Below, in pieces: positions 50,374 to 63,832 of a stretch of DNA of 64,000 bases. Position 1 is the stretch's first letter; every line of letters begins with the position of its first letter. Below the pieces are notes generated by a model that saw only the letters and a list, made by a program, of their open reading frames with translations, was not told the origin of the DNA and ran no database searches. Origin of the DNA: Kondoa subrosea. Taxonomy: Eukaryota. The stretch is taken from assembly GCA_039545335.1 (NCBI GenBank), contig BCIN01000005.1:124001-188000 (forward strand), given 5' to 3'. The position numbers were made by a program, and so were the translations under genes.

Positions 50374-53300
50374 ATGCTACTCGTTCGTCGAGCTAGGTCG
50401 ACTCTGCAGTCACGTACGAGCAGGGCTATCACGTCTCAGCGCTTGATCAGTACCACTGCAAGAACTCTGTCTGTTGCAGCCAGCCCAAACCTGATCAAGC
50501 ATCACGACGCAGCTCTGCAGAAATCCATCTCTGAATCTATCTTTACCCCTCTCGATAGGTAGCTACTCCGCTGCGAAACAACAGTACACATACCGATGAT
50601 GCGTATCGTAGCTTCACTCCTAGACATATCGGACCTCAAGAAGCAGATGTGCAACACATGCTCGAGAAATTAGGCTATGACTCGCTCGAGGCATTCACAG
50701 CTGCAGCCGTACCAGCTTCTATCCGTATTGATTCCAAGACTATTTCGGACGACACTATGCCTCCATTGAGCGAATCCGAATTAGCTAGAAGGGCGAATGA
50801 ATTGGCAAATGAGAACCAGCAGTTCACGAGCTTTATTGGTCAAGGCTATCATACCAGCGTTACACCGCCTGTCATCAAGCGCAATATGTTGGAGAACCCA
50901 GCTTGGTATACTTCTTATACGCCTTATCAACGTTCGTAATATACATTTCCTGTCAGCAAGCGCATGTCTGAACTCTACAGAACAGCGGAAATCTCGCAAG
51001 GCCGTTTGGAATCGTTGATCAACTTTCAAACAGTCTGCTCTTCCTTGACCGGATTAGATATCGCCAATGCTTCTTTATTGGATGAAGGAACAGCAGCAGC
51101 AGAAGCCATGGCAATGTGTTACTCGCAATGCAAGAACAAGAAGAAGACTTTCCTAGTAGATGAATCTGTCTACCCTCAAACTCTTTCAGTCATTCAAACT
51201 AGAGCTGCACCTTTAGGAATCAAAGTCATTCCCTGTAATGTGGATAATTATGTATCAGACTCCAAGAATGATCATTCGGATTTGATGGGCGTCTTACTAC
51301 AATATCCAGCAACGAATGGCAATCTGGTCGATTATTCTTCCCTTTCCCAAAAAGTACATGAAGCGGGAGCTTTAGTTTGCGCGGCTTCCGATTTACTCGC
51401 TTTGACGCTCTTGAAACCACCTGGTGAATGGGGAGCAGATATTTGTGTGGGTAATTCAGCTAGATTTGGTGTTCCTTTAGGTTATGGTAAGTGAATAATT
51501 CTCAATTCGGTGCAAATGTCTCAGAGCGAATGGACGATAGGCGGACCTCATGCTGGCTTCTTTGCTTGTAAAGATGAATTGAAAAGAAAAATGGCTGGCA
51601 GATTGGTTGGTTTGAGCAAAGATGCCGATGGAAGACCAGCTTATCGATTGAGTTTGCAAACAAGGTGAAATCTTCTGTACATTCGGACAGCTGAAAATGT
51701 GTGCTTAAGTCGATGTATACTTACAGAGAACAACATATTAAGAAAGATAAAGCGTGAGTGCATTGCTTGATCATGTCTCATATGGTCTATATCTTGTTTC
51801 CCAGCACATCCTCAATATGTACAGCTCAAGCCTTGCTGGCAAACATGGCGGCTTCTTATGCTGTATATCATGGTCCATCAGGACTCAAGCGAATTGCTGC
51901 AAAAGTCCACGCACTCACCACGATCGTCAAAGCTGGAATAACCAAATTAGGCCATGAAGTAATCAACGAAACCTATTTCGACACTCTCACCATCAAATTG
52001 AAAGATGTTGGCGATACTATAGTTCATGCAGCAGCTGAACAAATGCGTATCAATCTTCGAAAGATTGATGAAACCACTGTCGGCATCACTCTGGATGAAA
52101 GCACTACTCTCGAATCTGTTACAAATCTGCTCAATGTTTTCGTCACTGTAGCTAGCTCAGGTCGCGACAAGAAGACGATTCCCTCTTACGATACTCAATG
52201 CGTTCTCAAATTAGCTGAGGAACTAGAAATGTCATCTTTGTCAACAGCAGATGTAGCTTCTTCTGCTGCTATACCGGCTTCTCTCAAAAGGCAATCAACT
52301 TTCCTTACTCAGCCAGTCTTCAATACCCACAAGAGTGAAACCGAAATGATGCGTTATCTGAACTACTTACAGTCGAAAGATCTATCTCTGGTTCATGCGA
52401 TGATGCCTCTTGGATCTTGGTAAGTAGATTGAGAAGTGATTGTATAGCACTTGCTGATAACACGTGACACTATCTAGCACCATGAAGCTCAATTCAGTAT
52501 CTTCCATGTCTATGCTTTCTGATTCGCAATGGAACAACATACATCCCTTTGCCCCTGTAAGTCAAGCTCAAGGCTATACTAAAATGATGGAAGAACTCTG
52601 CAGCGATCTGTTACGCTTGACTGGCTTCTCTGGTGTTTCGTTGCAACCAAATTCCGGCTCTTCTGGAGAATTTGCTGGACTGTCGGTTATCCGAGCTTAT
52701 CATCATTCTAGAGGTGATAAGCACAGAGATATATGCTTGATTCCACAGTCTGCGCATGGCACTAGTAAGTTCTTCGCCGGTGTCTAATACTTCGTTCTAA
52801 TCAAATGTTCAGACCCGGCCAGCGCGATTATGTCTGGCATGAAAGTTGTAGGGATCAAGAACCTTGCAAATGGCTATCTGGACATAGAAGACTTGAAGGC
52901 TAAAGCTGAAAAGCATAAAGATAATCTTGCTGCACTTATGGTATGTCAGAGTGTCGGAAGTTATACTATGTCTCATCACTTTGAATAGGTCACCTATCCA
53001 TCCACATTTGGTATTTCGCTCTATGATCTTTTCGATGCTCTTGCTCATTTTAAACGCTTCAGGTATCTACGAAGATGTTATTAAAGAAGCATGTCAGACA
53101 ATTCATGATAACGGTGGTCAAGTTTATCTTGATGGTGCAAACATGCAAGCGCAACTCGGTCTTACATCGCCTGCTACTGTCGGAGCCGATGTCTGTCATC
53201 TGAATCTGCATAAGACGCTTGGTATAGCTCATGGTGGTCAGTAATCTATGTTTGCTATGCACTAACTCTAAATCACGATTTTTGAAAGGTGGCGGTCCTG

Positions 53301-54076
53301 GAGTCGGACCGATATGCGTGGCCGAACATCTTGCGCCTTACTTACCTGGTCATGGTATCGTGAAGACCGGTGGAAAAGAAGCCATTACTCCAGTCACTTC
53401 TGCGCCTTTTGGATCTGCCAGCATTCTCACTATTTCTTGGGCCTATTGTAAGATGCTTGGTGGAAATGGTCTACAATATTCTTCGCAAATCAGTCTTCTC
53501 GCAGCCAATTATCTTATGAAGCGCTTGAAGGATCATTATACTGTCCGATTCGTCAATGACAAAGGACTTTGTGCACACGAATTCATCCTTGATCTAGCAG
53601 AATTCGACAAGAAAGCTGGATTGAAAGTTACTGATGTCGCCAAGCGATTGCAAGACTTCTCGTTCCATCCACCAACGTGCAGTTGGCCCTTGACAACGGC
53701 AATGTTAGTGGAACCAACTGAATGCGAATCGCTCAAAGAACTAGATCGATTTGCTGATGCAATGATCACCATTCGAGGGGAAATTCAAGAAATTATCGAT
53801 GGCAAACAAAGTCGGGAGGACAACGTTCTTAAGAACGCTCCTCATCCTCTTCGAAGACTGTTAGAGAGCAACTGGGATAGGTCGTACCCTCGCGAAAAAG
53901 CTGCTTTCCCAGATCCCAAACTTCAGCTGAACAAGTTCTGGCCAGCAGTTGGTCGATTGCAGGAGAGCTACGGTGATCTGAACTGTGAGTCGTGACCCTA
54001 TTGACGCGAAAGACATGCTCATGCCTTACTCTCAGTGATCTGTGAATGTCCGTCGGTCGACGAGCTTTCCGAATGA
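50374..54076 (+). CDS. GCV2: Glycine decarboxylase (glycine cleavage system P protein), mitochondrial
   Basis: [70 protein letters not shown], the PLP-lysine motif [19 protein letters not shown] and EPTECES. Confidence 0.97.
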
Positions 54077-54231
54077 TCCTTCTGTTCACAACAAATATAC
54101 ATCCATTCAACTGGGATATCTAGCATAGCATTCAACTGGGGCACATTGTGTAGTATAGATATCATAGCATCAGATTGGCATTGGCAAAACACTGATTTCA
54201 TTAAATCTTGCTTCTCTTTCTTATAAAAGCC

Positions 54232-55807
54232 ATGGCGAAGAAGACTGGTCTCGTTTTCGAGCTCGATAGACCGACTCAATCTTCAAATAATCGAGCGCGG
54301 GCTGGTACACTCACTTTCGCAGGCTCTTCCCATGAAATCCAAACTCCTGCAATATTGCCAAACACCAAGCGAGGCTACGTAGAGCATCTGACGAATGATC
54401 ATACTCTGGCGTTACCTGCAGAAGCTCTGTATCTCAGCTTGGAACAATTGTCGGCTTCCCTAGAACCTCAGCTGGCACTTAAGCTGATTCTGAGGGCGTG
54501 AAAACAGTATGGATCAGTCAAGCGCAGCCTATTCCAAATGTCCTTTCACTCTTCGGCGCTATCTTGGCCTGCCGCCGCTCGACAAGAAAGGACCTCTCCT
54601 GTTCATGGGACTCAAAGATCCAAGTCAAACACACGAGACTTCTCTACCTTCGTCTGAAAGTCATGCAGTCATCAGTACTTCCCGAGGGCTATCGAAGGTG
54701 GGGAGCATGTTGTCTGATCAGGACTCGGCTAAGCGGATCACTTTTGCTGATAGATCACGGTGCAAGATTTCCTAGATACAAACGCTTCGCATCCACCTGA
54801 TATATTGCTGGCAATGTCTGATGAACCTGACGTCCCATCTCCAAGCAAGAAGCGCCTTCACAAAAGTATAACGAGATCAGTCAAATGGGCAGATACAGTT
54901 ACAAAATCCGTCAGTATATGCTTTTCACCTCTAGTCTTGTGTCTGACACAGCTTTTAGGCTATATGCGATGTCTTTGTCGATCTGGTTGGCTCAAATAAT
55001 GCAGCAGCGAGAAGAGCTTACACAAGTCAACTGTTAGAGAAGAATAACGCAGGCGAATCTATAGATCAGCGTATATCAGGTTACATGCTACACACAACAC
55101 CCTTTCATTCTCTTCCAGCTAGCGATCTGACAGAACTTTTCCTAAGCAGTCTCGATACTCTTTCTCCCACTAAACCGCGAATGTCATCTTGCACATCCGG
55201 TCCACATCAAATCTTGCGACTAGTTAAAGACGTTGGCCTAGATCTCTTCATCGACCAATGGTCTTACACACTTGCTAATCTCGGCATCGCTTTGGATTTC
55301 GATTTCCCTCTTCCCACTTCCTCCTCATCCAATCTCCTCGGTATCAACCTTTTCCGATCCGAATTTGCTCAAGCTTTCACTCCAATATCTTCTTCAAGTC
55401 TAGCTAAATCTTCAGAAGCAAAACAACCAACCACAAGAGCTTATTTACATCATTTACTGAAATCGCACGAATTCTCCGCTCAAGCTTTCTTATCTCTACA
55501 CAATAGTCGATTGATGAAATCCTTCATGGCCAAGATCCGTCAATCCATCCTAGCTGGTACGATAGATCAAGATGCTGAAGCGTTCTTCCAAGCGTATGAA
55601 GAAACTTGTTCGGCTGCAACCGAAGCGAAGGAGATGTTGGACGCTGTTGAACTTGAAAGAGGGAAAGGAAGAATGAAGCGCGAGAGGGAAAAGGAATTGG
55701 CCGCTCAGATTGCTAAAGGAGAAGCGGTGCCGTTGACTGATCGATTAGAAAAGAAACCTTCAGGAGCTTGGGAGATGAAGAGTTCGACAGCTACGGTAAA
55801 AGTGTAG
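54232..55807 (+). CDS. Queuine tRNA-ribosyltransferase accessory subunit (QTRT2/Qtr2-like)
   Basis: ARAGTLTF..IQTPAILPNTKRGYVEHLTND, PDILLAMSDEP, KRLHKSITRSVKW, KPRM..GPHQILRLVKDVGLDLF, TRAYLHHLLKSHE..LSLHN. TGT fold without clear catalytic motifs. Confidence 0.8.
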
Positions 55808-55845
55808 ATTTGGAGTTGATCGGCATATGCATGAAGTTTTGCTTT

Positions 55846-57269
55846 TCACATCAGATCATCATCTTCATCTTCATCCAAAGGCAAAGCAATCTTCTTCTCT
55901 TCTACGATGTCCGTGTGGTAGACTAGACAGTCTATTTCTCTATCCCAGCACTCCTCTTCGAACGTGAACCAGTTTTTCCTCGTTTCGAAAGCAGACTGTA
56001 GTACGTGCTTAGCTTTGTAATATGCAGGACGATGGGTTAGCTCACTCGTCTTTTCTTGACTCTGATGGCCTCAAACATTGAACTTGACAAAGTAGCAAAT
56101 CTAACTTCTAATTTCTCTAGACTTGGTAATAAAGGTAAAACAGCTTGAACTTCATCTGCTTCTTCCCATCCATCTCCCATTCCAGCTTTCGGTGGAACGA
56201 CCATTTTGAGCGTTTGTAGATTAACAGGAGAAAGAGCTGCTATCATATTTACTCCAATTCCGAATTCATGCAATACTAAAGTCTTCAATTTTGGGAAAGA
56301 AGCATTGATATCTTGATACGCTCTCGGATCTTTAGCTGGTACGCAAGTATAAGCTTGTCGACCAGGTACAAGATCGGTGTAAACTAGTTCTAAATGAGTT
56401 AGAGATTCTGAACCCAAGTTGCATAAAAGATTAAAACGATGCCAAATTGATTCCGTCGTATCCGTCATTGTGATCTTGAGACTTTCCACATTTACACAAG
56501 CTGGTCGAAGTAGTTTGGCTAGATTCGCTGCATGGCTTGGAACTTCTTGACCGGTCAAATTATCTTTTTGCAAAAGATGTAAATGTAATTTGCGAAGCCG
56601 AGTGTTGGTCATCGGAAAAGAAGAGTGATATTGATATTTGTGAGCTAGCGGATCTACAACCAGTGATAGCTGATCGAAGCCTTGAAAGCGGGATATGATC
56701 TTTGAAATGTCGTGCAATTCAGAAGGGAATGAGAGGATAAGTGATCTGGTATATATTGAGAGCTTTGGACGAAGAAAGAACAGGTCGAAAATGTTATTGC
56801 CTTCTGGTCCTGTTGGTTTGTAATCTGGCAAACTTGCATTGAAGGAGATTAAGGATGAAGGAATTTGTGTTAGAATACGTTCGAGATCAAGAAAGAGCTT
56901 TTTTGAGGCTTTGGCATGTGGAATTGCGATCTCTAGATGCCGTATATGGTGAAACGCAGCTGAGGTCAAATCGGCTAGATGAGCGGCTTGTCGAGCTGTT
57001 AGAATCTTGACTTCTCTCCATAGTAGAAGTCGGCCAGGTTCTAACCAAGCTTTGCAGACGCCCATTAAGCAGAGACATTGCTCTGTACAAGTATCAGCTT
57101 TGACAAGCTCACGACTTCACATTCTCTCACCTTCTCTAGATAAGCTGACGAGTCCTCTCCTGCTCCGTAAAGATTTATACTTGATCGGCCTGTGCTTGTA
57201 ACTGTCTTCTAGCGTATGTCCAAACACCTGAAGCAGCAATTCTGTGGGCAGGTCATCAAATGAAGTCAT
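55846..57269 (-). CDS. F-box protein with LRR-like C-terminal region
   Basis: F-box MTSFDDLPTELLLQVF...VCKAW...LLWREV; repeated LxxLxL units (LRKLHLH, LTHLELV, LKTLVLH, LEKLEVR). Confidence 0.8.
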
Positions 57270-57423
57270 CGTCTCTTGCTGAAGCGCTGAAACTGATTCT
57301 TCTTGTCGAACTCGATGGCTAGCACAGATTGAATTGCGTAGTCAATACCCGTCAGTCAATCGCTTGCCCTGTTCAAGTCCAAGCAAGAAATCCAAAATCC
57401 AAACTGAGTCTCAACAAGCAACG

Positions 57424-58361
57424 ATGAGCGCAACAGAAACGCAGAGTGTCCAAAAGATTCAGTACAAGAAGCCCAAGACTGCTTTGGCCTATTTGACGCC
57501 CAACAAGTGAGAGAGCTCTGTTATGTCGCTGTTGTTGGTTAAAATGTTGAAATCTGGCCAAAGTGTTGGAACGCTCAGAAAGATCAACAGCGTCGTCTTG
57601 CCTGTCGCATACAGTGATAAATTCTACAAAGATGTATGTTATATCCTCAGATTCTTCAACAAGAGACAGCTGATCACCTTCAAACCGCAGGTCTTAGCAC
57701 CTGAGTTGGAAGACTACTGCTCCTTGAGTGAGTCTCGCTGCTGCGCTGCGGAGTATATAAATTGAGAGCGTGCTGCAGTTCTTTACAATGATCTTTACGT
57801 TGGTGCTCTGGCCTGCAAGTTCGAAGATCCTTCTGCTGCTTCAACTCGACTCTACATTGCTACGCTCAGTGAGTATTCCTCTCATACTTCCAATCCTTTC
57901 CCTGTCACGTCTGTGATCGAATGTTTTGCTAATCTTCTTTCGCATAGGTATTCTTGCACCTTACCGTAATCAAGGTCTTGGTTCTAAATTGGTCAACAAC
58001 CTACTCGATCGAGCTTCAGCTTCGCACACTGGTGGTGCACCTTCACCATTTACTGGTATCCCAGTATCTACCAAATCGCTTACAAAAGAAAAGAAAGCTT
58101 TAGCTACAAAACCTGTTCAGATGAAGATCATTACTGGAGCATACTTGCATGTGCATACTGCTCAGCCTGAGACTAGAGAATGGTGGGAGAAGAAAGGATT
58201 TGAGATGAAAGAGACGGTTGAGAATTATTATGTAAGTACATTCCCTTTGGCGAAGTGAAGAGGAAGAAGCTGATGACAATTTATAGACTAAGCTGGAACC
58301 CAGGAGTGCTTGGTTGATGCAAAAAGATATTAAAGCACCAGAAGGAGCTTCATCTGCCTGA
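57424..58361 (+). CDS. NAT5: N-alpha-acetyltransferase Naa50/Nat5 (NatE)-like
   Basis: LTPNNVGTLRKINSVVLPVAYSDKFYKD, YNDLYVGA, LYIATLxILAPYRNQGLGSKL, YLHVHT, WWEKKGF..VENYYxKLEP. Confidence 0.85.
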
Positions 58362-58489
58362 ACGTTTGCCGAAGCAATCGCATGGTCAATCTCAATATCA
58401 CCCTTGAGCTGTTCAGTGGGATCTGTAATTGAATATGCAGAAGGTCAGGTCACTATAGTCGAACAAGAGTCATCAAGTTATAGAGATAA

Positions 58490-60501
58490 AGACAGAGGCA
58501 ACAGCATGGCTATTCATTTCAGCTACTATGTACAAATCATAAACCGTCGATCAGTTGATTACAAAGAGAATACCTTTTGCATATTATGAAACAGTAACAC
58601 AGCAAGCTACATAATCATCTCTTTCAGCGAGCAATTTGAAGTCGGTTTACTGGATTTCGAGCTGCAATCACTCGTTGTCCGAACGAGAAAGATGTGTAGA
58701 GCATTGAAAGGCAATAACATGTCTTTTGAGTCGTTTCCATGACTTTTGCAGGTTGAAGTATGTCTTTAGGTTGAACTTTCGACCAGAAAGCTTTGATCTG
58801 TATGCAAGAAGCAGGAATCAGCTCATTTCATGCACATATAAGATGGAGAAGCTTACAATTGAGCTATAAGACAAGCTTTCGAAAGCCTTGTTGACAGCGG
58901 AAGCTAGCAGTGTTGTGAACGCCTCTACATGGAGAAGTTCTAGGGTTTCCAAATTGACACATTTAGCTCACGAAAAGCTTGAAAACACAAAGAAGGACTA
59001 ACCCGGACATGAGGGTATCTAAATCCAACTTGATGCAGTGGAGTATACCGTCAATTTGAATGAACAGAAAGCACCCGCCAGTCAATCTATAGAGATTGCA
59101 ATCAGAAAACACAAATAGACAAAGTAAAGCAGCAAGTCTCACACAAGAACTTGTACCGGATGTTTCAAAGCCAAAGTAGCAGTTTCTTTCAGTCCCTTTC
59201 CAATCAAACGCGCCAAATCACCTGCCAATCCAGTTACACACTCGGCCACTGCACGTCCATTGACCACCAATGTCGAATTCTGACTTGAAGTTGCAGTAGT
59301 GAGAGGAGCGAGAGCAACAGTCTTGGGTTGAAGAGGGTTTCGAGAGGGAAGAAGTTGGTCGAGAACTGCTTCATCTTCATCTTCATCTTCAGCTACTTTG
59401 AGTGCCCGAGCTACTTCTTGAGCAATCAAGTCGCGAACTTGTGCGAGATCAGGAATGATAGTTGTAGGGGAAGGAACGGCTCCGTCTCGAGAAGGCTGAG
59501 AAGATTGGCTGGAATTCGCAGAAGCTTGCGCACCAATCTCCGGCAAAGGATCTCGAGTCGATCGTTTGTGTTCTAGAGGATACGAGTTAGAGTTGTTTGA
59601 GCTGAAACAAAATGAAAACGAACTCTTGACAGAAGGACCTGCTTCAGAATCATCATCCCGTGATCGAACGAACTTGCTCTTTTTTGGCTTAGGCTTGAAT
59701 TCTTGTTTCTGTCAGCGCCAAAAGACATTAAGATTCAGTTTATAGGCATAAGTAGCAAGAGCTTACAGAAGGATAGAAAGTTTGAGCGAAATCGCGGAGA
59801 GGAAAGAGTAGCTCCTTCTGTGTAGTTTTACTGATCCGAAAGAGAAGCGCAGACCAATGAGATATCTGGAAACGAGCAAAATGTCAGCACAGTATACAAA
59901 AGAAGAAGAGAAAGCCCAGCGTTGATCGATCAGTCTCTTCAAGCTTTCATTCCCAACCACACCAATTCTGCCTTCCAGTGTTGCTGTTGACAACCATTAC
60001 CAGAAGCGCACTTCCGTCAGTCTCATTGCAAAGATAGGCAAGAGAATGTAATCGAAGGCAGCTTTCCAGGTTGTCTGAGCACCTCTTTCTCCGCTACTGT
60101 ACCAGGCGACTCCCACCGCAGTGGGGCGGTGCAACCGGTATATCTGTATGCGTAGGGAAGAAAGGCCTGATCGAAAGGTAGAATTGTCAGGTTGGGAATG
60201 CAAGCTTGAAGTTCTTGATCGACCAAACTTTGCTCTAAGAGGTACCTCACATTTTTGTAAGCTAGTACTTGATCAGTTGAAGCGTTGTGCGACTCGGAAA
60301 AGTTGAGGAGAATAGTTGAAGCGTAGCCGAAAGCGACTGGACCAGTTTTCGCGTCGAGCGTAGTGTATACGATGTTGACTGTCTCTTCAACAAGAGTTTC
60401 AGCGAGGAGGGAGGGTAAAGAGCGGTAGATTCCGGGAAGAAGATCTTGATGGACTGCTGGAATCTCGATTGGTCGAGGGATTGCATTGAGATGAGACATT
60501 G
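58490..60501 (-). repeat. Right arm of the ~2-kb dispersed inverted repeat
   Basis: Reverse complement aligns to ~6481-8490. The boundary at ~58490 is approximate. Confidence 0.95.
58624..60499 (-). pseudogene. Orphan gene copy B (paralog of 6483-8360), possibly disrupted
   Basis: Starts MSHLNAIPRPIEIPAVHQDLLPG... ORF 59997-60203 and ORF 59763-59993 are in the same frame, separated by TAA-TGG. Ends ...NRLQIAR*. Confidence 0.5.
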
Positions 60502-61515
60502 GAAAGATGAGACTGTGACTGGTTGAAGGTGAGAAGCGATGCAGGAAGATGAGGTTCACTTACCTCGACAAAAGGGCGACTTCGACAAAAGGGCGAGTTG
60601 GCTGAAATAAGCAAAACAATCGAGATATATTGAAACATCGCAATTTCGATCGCAATGGCGTTCAACCTCATGATCATCAATAAACCACAAGCGAATTTAG
60701 AAGCGAAACAAATTGACAATCTCGATGCACATGTGTACTAGAAGTCCTGGCCTGACATTCTTTAGCCCATGGGGTGACATCAATGTTAATGGAAAGCCAG
60801 AATGGTCCGATTACAAAAAGACAAAAATATGCAAGACACGAAGCACATCATGCATATGCATCATGTGCCACTAGGGAAATATGGAAAGAGGGACACAAAG
60901 AGAGGAAGGAAGAGGAATCTAGAAACTATCCGCGTTTGCTTTCCTCCTATCGAGGGTATAGACAGCCATACTTCACTCTGAGCGGAGGATATAGCCGTTG
61001 AAGTTATCACACCCATTTAGAGCCCCTGCCTGGTATCTTCAGAATTCGAGAAATTGAAAAGGGTTACAATTTGAGTACTGTTTCTGATGGCATCACTCGC
61101 CCAATGCTGATGACCGAGCCTGCGCTTAATATAGATATAGACGCCATGAAAGACAATGTCTTGTTTAGCACGAGCGAAATCCTAAAGCTAGATCTTCAGA
61201 TATCGAATGTATTTTCCAAGCGCCTTGCCAAGGCATGGATACCACAAGACCTAGCACAGGTTGGAGATATCCATAGACTGATCTGTAAGATGCCCTCGTC
61301 AGCTAGCAAAGGCACTCACAAAGAAGAATGAGAAAAAGAAGTCAGCCAAATAGCAAGGCGATGATAAGCCTATGCCAGTTCAACGAGGCCAGAAAAGGAA
61401 TAAGAAGGGAATCCGATAAGGGGATTAAGTACTACTGGCCGACACGGTTAAGAGGCAAGTGATTTGAATATGAATACAGCATGTACATTGAGATGACTCT
61501 ATAGGACTTCCTGAT

Positions 61516-62169
61516 CTACACCTCTGGTAGGTCATCGTCCTCGTCGTCAAGCGCTTGCCTGGCGGGCGGTTTCCCTCTTGTAGCCTCTTCTTCTTCACTA
61601 TCCCCTTCATACCGCGCCGCAAGATCAATGTCACTGTCATTAGAGCCTCCCCGTGTTGTACGAGCTGGTTGACTTGTTCGCGTGTTACCAGCTTCCGTTC
61701 GACTTGTCTCTTTCACATTGACTATGGGCCGCAATTAGCTCGAAGACAAGACAATGACAGCGATAAAGCTTACCATCCTCTGCTGCATCTATCCACTCTG
61801 AATAGATATCGATAGGTTGTGAGAGGTCTGATCGCTCCAAACATGTGAGTTGGGCATAAGACAACGTCGGAAGAAGAAACGCACGATTGATAGGCGCCGA
61901 GAAAGTAGCAGCGCATACTTTACAGTCTAATCTTCCCATACGGTCCTTCTTGTCCCTGTTGCCATGCATCAGAAGCATTCCTGAGCATATTGAAGGGAGT
62001 GCATTACATTTTGACAATGATGGTTCCAGGATGCTGGCAGAACAGGCAACGAAACGTCTTGTCTAGACCAATGCATGAGCGATCAGCTAGGATGTCTCGA
62101 CAGGAGCTGACCTAGCGGTGCTGGGCCTTTCTTGCTTTCCACTTTCTTTGCTGATTTGCGTTTGCCCAT
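61516..62169 (-). CDS. ELF1: Transcription elongation factor Elf1
   Basis: [30 protein letters not shown]...[34 protein letters not shown] (zinc ribbon) plus an acidic tail. Confidence 0.93.
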
Positions 62170-62654
62170 GATGACGCTATTCAAGCTGCTTAGGCTTGAG
62201 AGCTTCTCAATGAATAGATAGGGCTAGTCGAGGGAGGAGGAGAACGTATTATCGCACGCGAGTCACGGTTCGAAGCAAGCGAAATCAGCACATCACAGGC
62301 TAAGCGAGAGCATGAAGGCACGAAGCCAATCTCCAAGTTTGGCATTAAGGCTGAAGAATATACAAATCAGCGCTACTGTGCTCTACTTTGTCCTTCCTAA
62401 GCCTGCAGCACATCACATCGACTAGTCTCAAGCGAAAGATTGAGACAAGATGTGCGCCCAGAAGGGATGATCTGTTCAACAGCATGGCGTAAGAGGTGGC
62501 CCCAAGACAGGCCAGTCAGATGTACGTACTGGTTGCAAGCGACCCCGAATTCTGCTCCATCTTGCAAGCACTTGGTAAAAGTGCGATCTGTTTAAAACGT
62601 CTTGCGGAAGCTTAGCGGCCATCATATGCTGTGCGATCACTAAATCATCATCAG

Positions 62655-63832
62655 ATGGATAAATACGACATGTTTAACTTTGCAAACCGCATTCTTCCGC
62701 ATAACCAGCGGGCTAGATAGCATTAGATAAGGTCGTTATTGTGAGGCCGCAAACCTCACCGTACTACCGAAGAGAACCAACTGCCCATTTTCTTGAATAT
62801 GATCGAACAAACGGGAAGTCAGATCAAGGAAAAAAGTTCCCACTGCTAGAAACTTTGGCTGCATTCGGGGGTCGTTTAGGGCAATAAGATGTTCCAAGAT
62901 CAAAGAAAGACCATGCAGCAAATGAAGCTGACTCTTATGCTTCGTCAAGTCAGTATAAATTGCAAGCAGAAGATTTGGGCCATACCAGAGCTAAAAATCC
63001 ACCATTCTGCTCGACCTTGGATTCAACGGTACAAACCCGAGCGCTTAGCCCGGCTGCGACCTAATGATCAGACTCAGAGGTGTTTCTTTCAAGAAGTTCC
63101 GCTATTGTACTCACCGAGAGAAGGTCTACGTGTATGTCAGGTTGGCGACGAGCAAGTATTTCGATAGCCGAGGCAATCTGGACATATTCGGTATCTAGTA
63201 TAGGTCTGCTGTCGTAGTGTAGCTGAAGACCGAGAGGAGCTAGAATAGAGACGCCAATTCGGCCAAGTTATGTCCGGTCCCCTGAAAAAGCCTACCCATG
63301 GAATAATGAATCGCTGTTGTAGGAAATGAGCTTCTTCTCGTCTTGTAGCGGAAAGATAGATAATTTCTTTTACGTGGATATGGTGGATGAGAGCGAAGAT
63401 TAAGCTAGCGAAATGGCAAACAACGCCAGCGAGATGAAAGGGAGATGGAGTATGTCCGAGACAGAATTAAAAGCAGAGAGATGGAGCTGGGAATAACACC
63501 AAAAGAGCATGCCAAAGAGCTGCGAATCAGCCATGCCAGATGTAAAGCTGAGTGGTGGAAGTCAGTTGCCCAGTCATACCGTAAGAGCATATGCACGAAG
63601 GGACAGAAGCATTGGAATACAAGTGATGTACATTGCAGCATTTCGCGCAGGCGAGCGAAGAGATTCCCGAAGCCAATGGACTCAATCTGACTCATTGCGA
63701 GTTCAGGTCGACACGAAACAGTTATTTCGCGATGGATGGACGACTAGAGAGATGGAAGACAAGGCTGGATTCACTCCCAGCGTTGGCACTTCCCACAGAT
63801 TACAGCAGATCAGTCCCAGAGAAGACAGTTGA
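62655..63832 (+). CDS. Possible hypothetical or degenerate gene
   Basis: Coding-like pieces (e.g. MEYVRDRIKSREMELGITPKEHAKELRISHARCKAEWW) in different frames. No consistent exon model found. Confidence 0.3.

Noticed and set aside
14656..55807. Functional cluster of tRNA/translation genes (tRNA-Leu, TCD, SUP35, QTRT2-like)
   Set aside because: They are interspersed with unrelated housekeeping genes. ct6A and queuosine do not target an AAG-anticodon tRNA, so proximity is probably chance.
6481..60501. Mating-type locus with flip-flop switching
   Set aside because: No STE3-like receptor, CAAX pheromone precursor or homeodomain gene was recognised in or beside the block, and the arms are not near-identical over their full length.
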